Assembly: GCA_965235115.1 (NCBI GenBank)
Contig: OZ249451.1
Span: 14,756,001 to 14,820,000 of the forward strand
Reading direction: 5' to 3'
DNA length: 64,000 bases
From: Laetmonice hystrix
Taxonomy: Eukaryota
Shown: one piece after another, positions 60,831 to 64,000 of the stretch
How positions within the stretch are numbered: position 1 is the stretch's first letter
Layout of the letters: the number at the start of each line of letters is the position of its first letter
The notes under the pieces: generated by a model
What the model saw: the letters and a program-made list of their open reading frames with translations, nothing else
The model's database searches: none
What the model was told of the DNA's origin: nothing
Translations under genes and position numbers: made by a program

Positions 60831-61016
60831 CTCAGCGAAGGCATTGCGGAAGAAGTGTGAGAGCAGTTCTTGCCGCTTGCTCTTGGTGATAGCCTTGTCA
60901 TAGATAAACCGTTCCCGACACTCGTGACGCAGACTCTCTCGGCCTGACACCTCCAGCATGGTCCGGAACTGAGTCCCGAAACGTGCCCGGTCCTGCTCCG
61001 TCCGGAACCGGAGGAC
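60831..61016 (-). CDS. Duox: Duox exon (ends at a GC donor)
   Basis: AG acceptor, 186 nt, phase 0/0; VLRFRTEQDR...AITKSKRQELLSHFFRNAFAE; donor GAG|GCAAGT. Confidence 0.92.
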
Positions 61017-61109
61017 CTGCAGCAAGTCACCCGGAATATGAAGTACACATGTAACGCCAACCACTTATTATAGTCTTCGTACTTTCTATAAAAGAAAATA
61101 TCCACCTAC

Positions 61110-61315
61110 CAGGTCGTATTCCTTGGGGATGTGCATGAACATCATGTTTCTACGGTTGTCGTTATTGACGTACCACGTGACTGTCTCCATCCTCGAGAGG
61201 TTGATGGTCCGGAGCTGGATGCCTCGGTCTGATCTCAAGGTCAATGTGTACCGATCATCGTCAAGGGTGAGTTCCACTTGTCTTTGGGGAGCCGCCTTGC
61301 CCGTCCATTCCCATA
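61110..61315 (-). CDS. Duox: Duox exon (cytosolic PH-like region)
   Basis: AG..GT, 206 nt, phase 1/0; VWEWTGK...QLRTINLS...MHIPKEYDL (DUOX IPKEYDL motif). Confidence 0.95.
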
Positions 61316-61950
61316 CTGAGGGGAGGAAGACGGGAGTAAGTAAAGATTGGGAGGGGGGGGGGGGGTACGCCCCCCGTAACCAGACGGTCAGTTTTATTGA
61401 TGAAGTACCCGGGGGAAAACACCGACGTTACGGCAGGTAGCGCCCAAATCATGTCACGTATGACTTGAAATGAATTAGGACACAATGCAAATACAGAGCT
61501 CTCACAGTTCAAATATCCCCCTCGGAATGTCAGTCTAAAATTATTGAGCACAGAAGAAAGGACATTTTGTGGGATTCTCAGCGGCAGAGACAACAGAATG
61601 CCTGTTTCTGCAACGGTCGGGTGCAGATGCAGGACAGATCGAGTGGCGTAATAGTTGGGGCTTTTCAGATCCTTGGAGGGTTATAAAATAAGAAGTCGGA
61701 CAAGTTTCAGGACTGCCCCCTCCACTTTCAAAAGAACCTGACGCCCCTGACAGAGCGACACTGACGGAGTCCATGCAAGGTCGCGCACCGCTGCTCGAGC
61801 AGACGACGTATTCAGCCCACTCAACAACTTTGGTATGAGTGAACACACATGCCTGAAATTTTTACTGAGGGCTCTCAATATCATTATTCAGACGGTTAAA
61901 CATGATCTAACCTTATATTTTCATTACGTTATGACGTAACGCCATCTTAC

Positions 61951-62145
61951 CCGTCAGCGGACATCGCCCGGATGTAGAATCCTCTGTCGTGGAGGATGTT
62001 TGGCGAGTGACTTCCGGGTGCACAGAGTTCGCCGAACTCTTGCGGTGACATTCGTCGGGCGTTCCCTCCTTGACAGACGTCCTGGTCCGGTAGACAAAGA
62101 TTACCTGTTTCGTCTTGTAGATGACGTAGGCAACCAGGACGCACA
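61951..62145 (-). CDS. Duox: Duox exon (end of TM1 plus Ser/Thr-rich linker)
   Basis: AG..GT, 195 nt, phase 1/1; VCVLVAYVIYKTKQ...GRCPLT. This donor is the one whose phase matches the next exon. Confidence 0.85.
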
Positions 62146-62586
62146 CTGAAATCGAATATTAACATTGAAGTCGCTGGCTCGGATCTGTGCCAAAAGTCAG
62201 GGACGTTGGAAACCCTGAGAAGCCTACCAGATACAAAGTCCAAACAAGGAAGCGACACCAGTGATGTCATGGAATACGGTATCAGCCAGCCATTGTGTCT
62301 GCATCAAACTAACAACAATGCATTGTTAATGCATGGCGCTGACAATGGCATTATCCTGTTGATATTAGCAATACATCCTACCCCCCGTACACGTAGGCCT
62401 TACACCTGACCTAATTAGGTCCATCCATGTTGAAAATATTTTTCATACATTCTTATCTCCATGCATCAATTAAAACAATCTTTTTAGGGGGAAAGGGGCT
62501 CCACCGCGACTAGGATATTAAATAAGCTTACTGCACATGAAGACAACATTAGAAGTAGATTCATATCTGTACTGTAAACTGCTTAC

Positions 62587-62724
62587 CAAATGGGAAGACT
62601 CCCAGCGATGTGAAGGCCGTTATATAAGGTATCTCACTGCCAGAGAAATAGTCGTAACCTTGGTGAGGTGTGCAGCTGTCAAGATCTTCTTCTACCATCT
62701 GCTTCGGCTGAGGACACGGGTCAC
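62587..62724 (-). CDS. Duox: Duox exon (end of the peroxidase-like domain, start of TM1); most 5' exon found in the window
   Basis: AG..GT, 138 nt, phase 1/1; GDPCPQPKQMVEEDLDSCTPHQGYDYFSGSEIPY...LGVFPF. Confidence 0.95.
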
Positions 62725-64000
62725 CTAATGGTGGGAAGGAATGAACTGGTGGAAGTATAGTCTACTAACAGCTGTTTTGGGGTGATTGATTGAATTAGTT
62801 GTATTTACATACTGTCGGCAGGATTTAAATAATATTCAGGGCGTGAACTTGTTCAGTAATGGGGTTAAATATGTATTTGCACCCCTGAGTCCCAAGGGGG
62901 TTCGCTGTCTTTAAACATCTTTTTTCAGACAGAAAGGAAATGACTCATTTATTCACCAACGTATACAAGACGATAATTAAAGATTACAATGATGATGAAG
63001 TATGTAAGTAGATAACTTGTCAAAATGAGCGATTGGTTTGTTAATGCCCTGCTGGCTACTATCGGCCATCTTCAGGTCAAAACATGATTCTTCATTTATG
63101 CGTTTGGTGTAGAGGATGGGCTAATATAATACAATAGTATTAACTGGACAATGTGGGTGCCATGGAAGGATACAGATTCGAGAGCACTCAAATTCCGATT
63201 CTTGCATGTTCGAGGCGATTCCTGCCTGCCGAGTTTAGATCTAGCCCTGCGGGACCTCTCCTGACTGCTTTGAGATCGTCCCCTGGGGGTCAGTGCAATT
63301 GAAGTAGAGCCCTTAGAATGGATTTCACTTATTCTAGCAAGAACGAAATCCTTGTTGACAGGTGGTAGATCATTTGTCCACGTCAAGTACCGATGACCGG
63401 AGGCCCCTGTGGAAGTGCGCCACGCTGTTCTATTTTTGAGTGCCGATCAGACACTTTGGTAACATCCAAGAGAATCGTACCGTGCATTTCACAACTTTCG
63501 TTACCCTGTCGTGCCATAAAAGTCCTTATTCAAAATACATGGATGTTACTAACACGAGAGGCCAAAGACAGGGTCCAAAACACACCCCACCCCAAGCTTA
63601 GTTACCTTGCCCTGCTGTGCTTGTAAAGGTGGAAAGCGCTTGGAAGGCGTAGGCCTCCTGGCTGGTGACATCTTTGCCGCGGTTAGAGTAACAGACTTTG
63701 CAATTACATGGAAGTCTTCAATATAAATATTTATATCCTGTGAGAGGGACCTTCTTCGACCCTTCCGACGCTGACGTTGGCTTGGTGTCGTACCGAAAAT
63801 AGGCTGAACCGATGTGGCCCTAAGTGATACTTAGCGGGGAGTTTGTTCAATTATGTCGTCCAAGAGCTTCAACTATCGACAACAAGCACAAGGGCGTGTT
63901 TCACTAAAGCAAAAAAAGTCTGTGGAAATGTGTCTTTTGGAAAGACATCAGCAAATGCTACTGACGTTTTTCATAGTATCAGCCACTTCGTTTGTCGTAG

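Noticed and set aside
4612-61492. About seven octamer (ATGCAAAT) sites
   Set aside because: A rough expectation is ~3 per window, so there is no convincing enrichment or clustering.
62105-62145. Shorter Duox exon using CAG|GTAATC at 62105/62104
   Set aside because: It gives phase 0, but the next exon needs phase 1; it would be frame-shifting if used.
63096-63720. ORF 63096-63386 and the donor-bearing segment near 63605-63710 as further Duox exons
   Set aside because: No resemblance to the peroxidase-domain sequence expected before GDPCPQP.

Overview
This is eukaryotic (invertebrate bilaterian-type) genomic DNA; I cannot identify the species. Two genes are supported, both on the minus strand. 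(1) engrailed exon 1 (3387-2256), with EH1, a His-rich tract, EH2 and the conserved phase-1 intron after RPSSG. Its homeobox exon is not found in 1-2255 and presumably lies left of the window. (2) The last 17 coding exons of a dual oxidase (Duox; 62724-51037). I traced them exon by exon with consistent phases, covering the end of the peroxidase-like domain, TM1, EF-hands, the ferric-reductase TM domain and the FAD/NADPH domains; the 5' exons lie right of the window. Between the genes is ~47 kb with no convincing gene. It contains many minisatellites, several MITE/SINE relics, three N-gaps, motif-dense candidate enhancers and an apparent excess of CTCF-type motifs. The best leads are: a Duox with His-to-Tyr at a conserved O2-site position, a degenerate EF-hand 1 and a six-fold PKA-motif insert; a uORF whose stop overlaps the engrailed start codons; CTCF-like motifs clustered in a Duox intron and carried by MITEs; and a four-copy MRE cluster. 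There is no evidence of CRISPR or other prokaryotic systems. All motif statistics are rough hand estimates.
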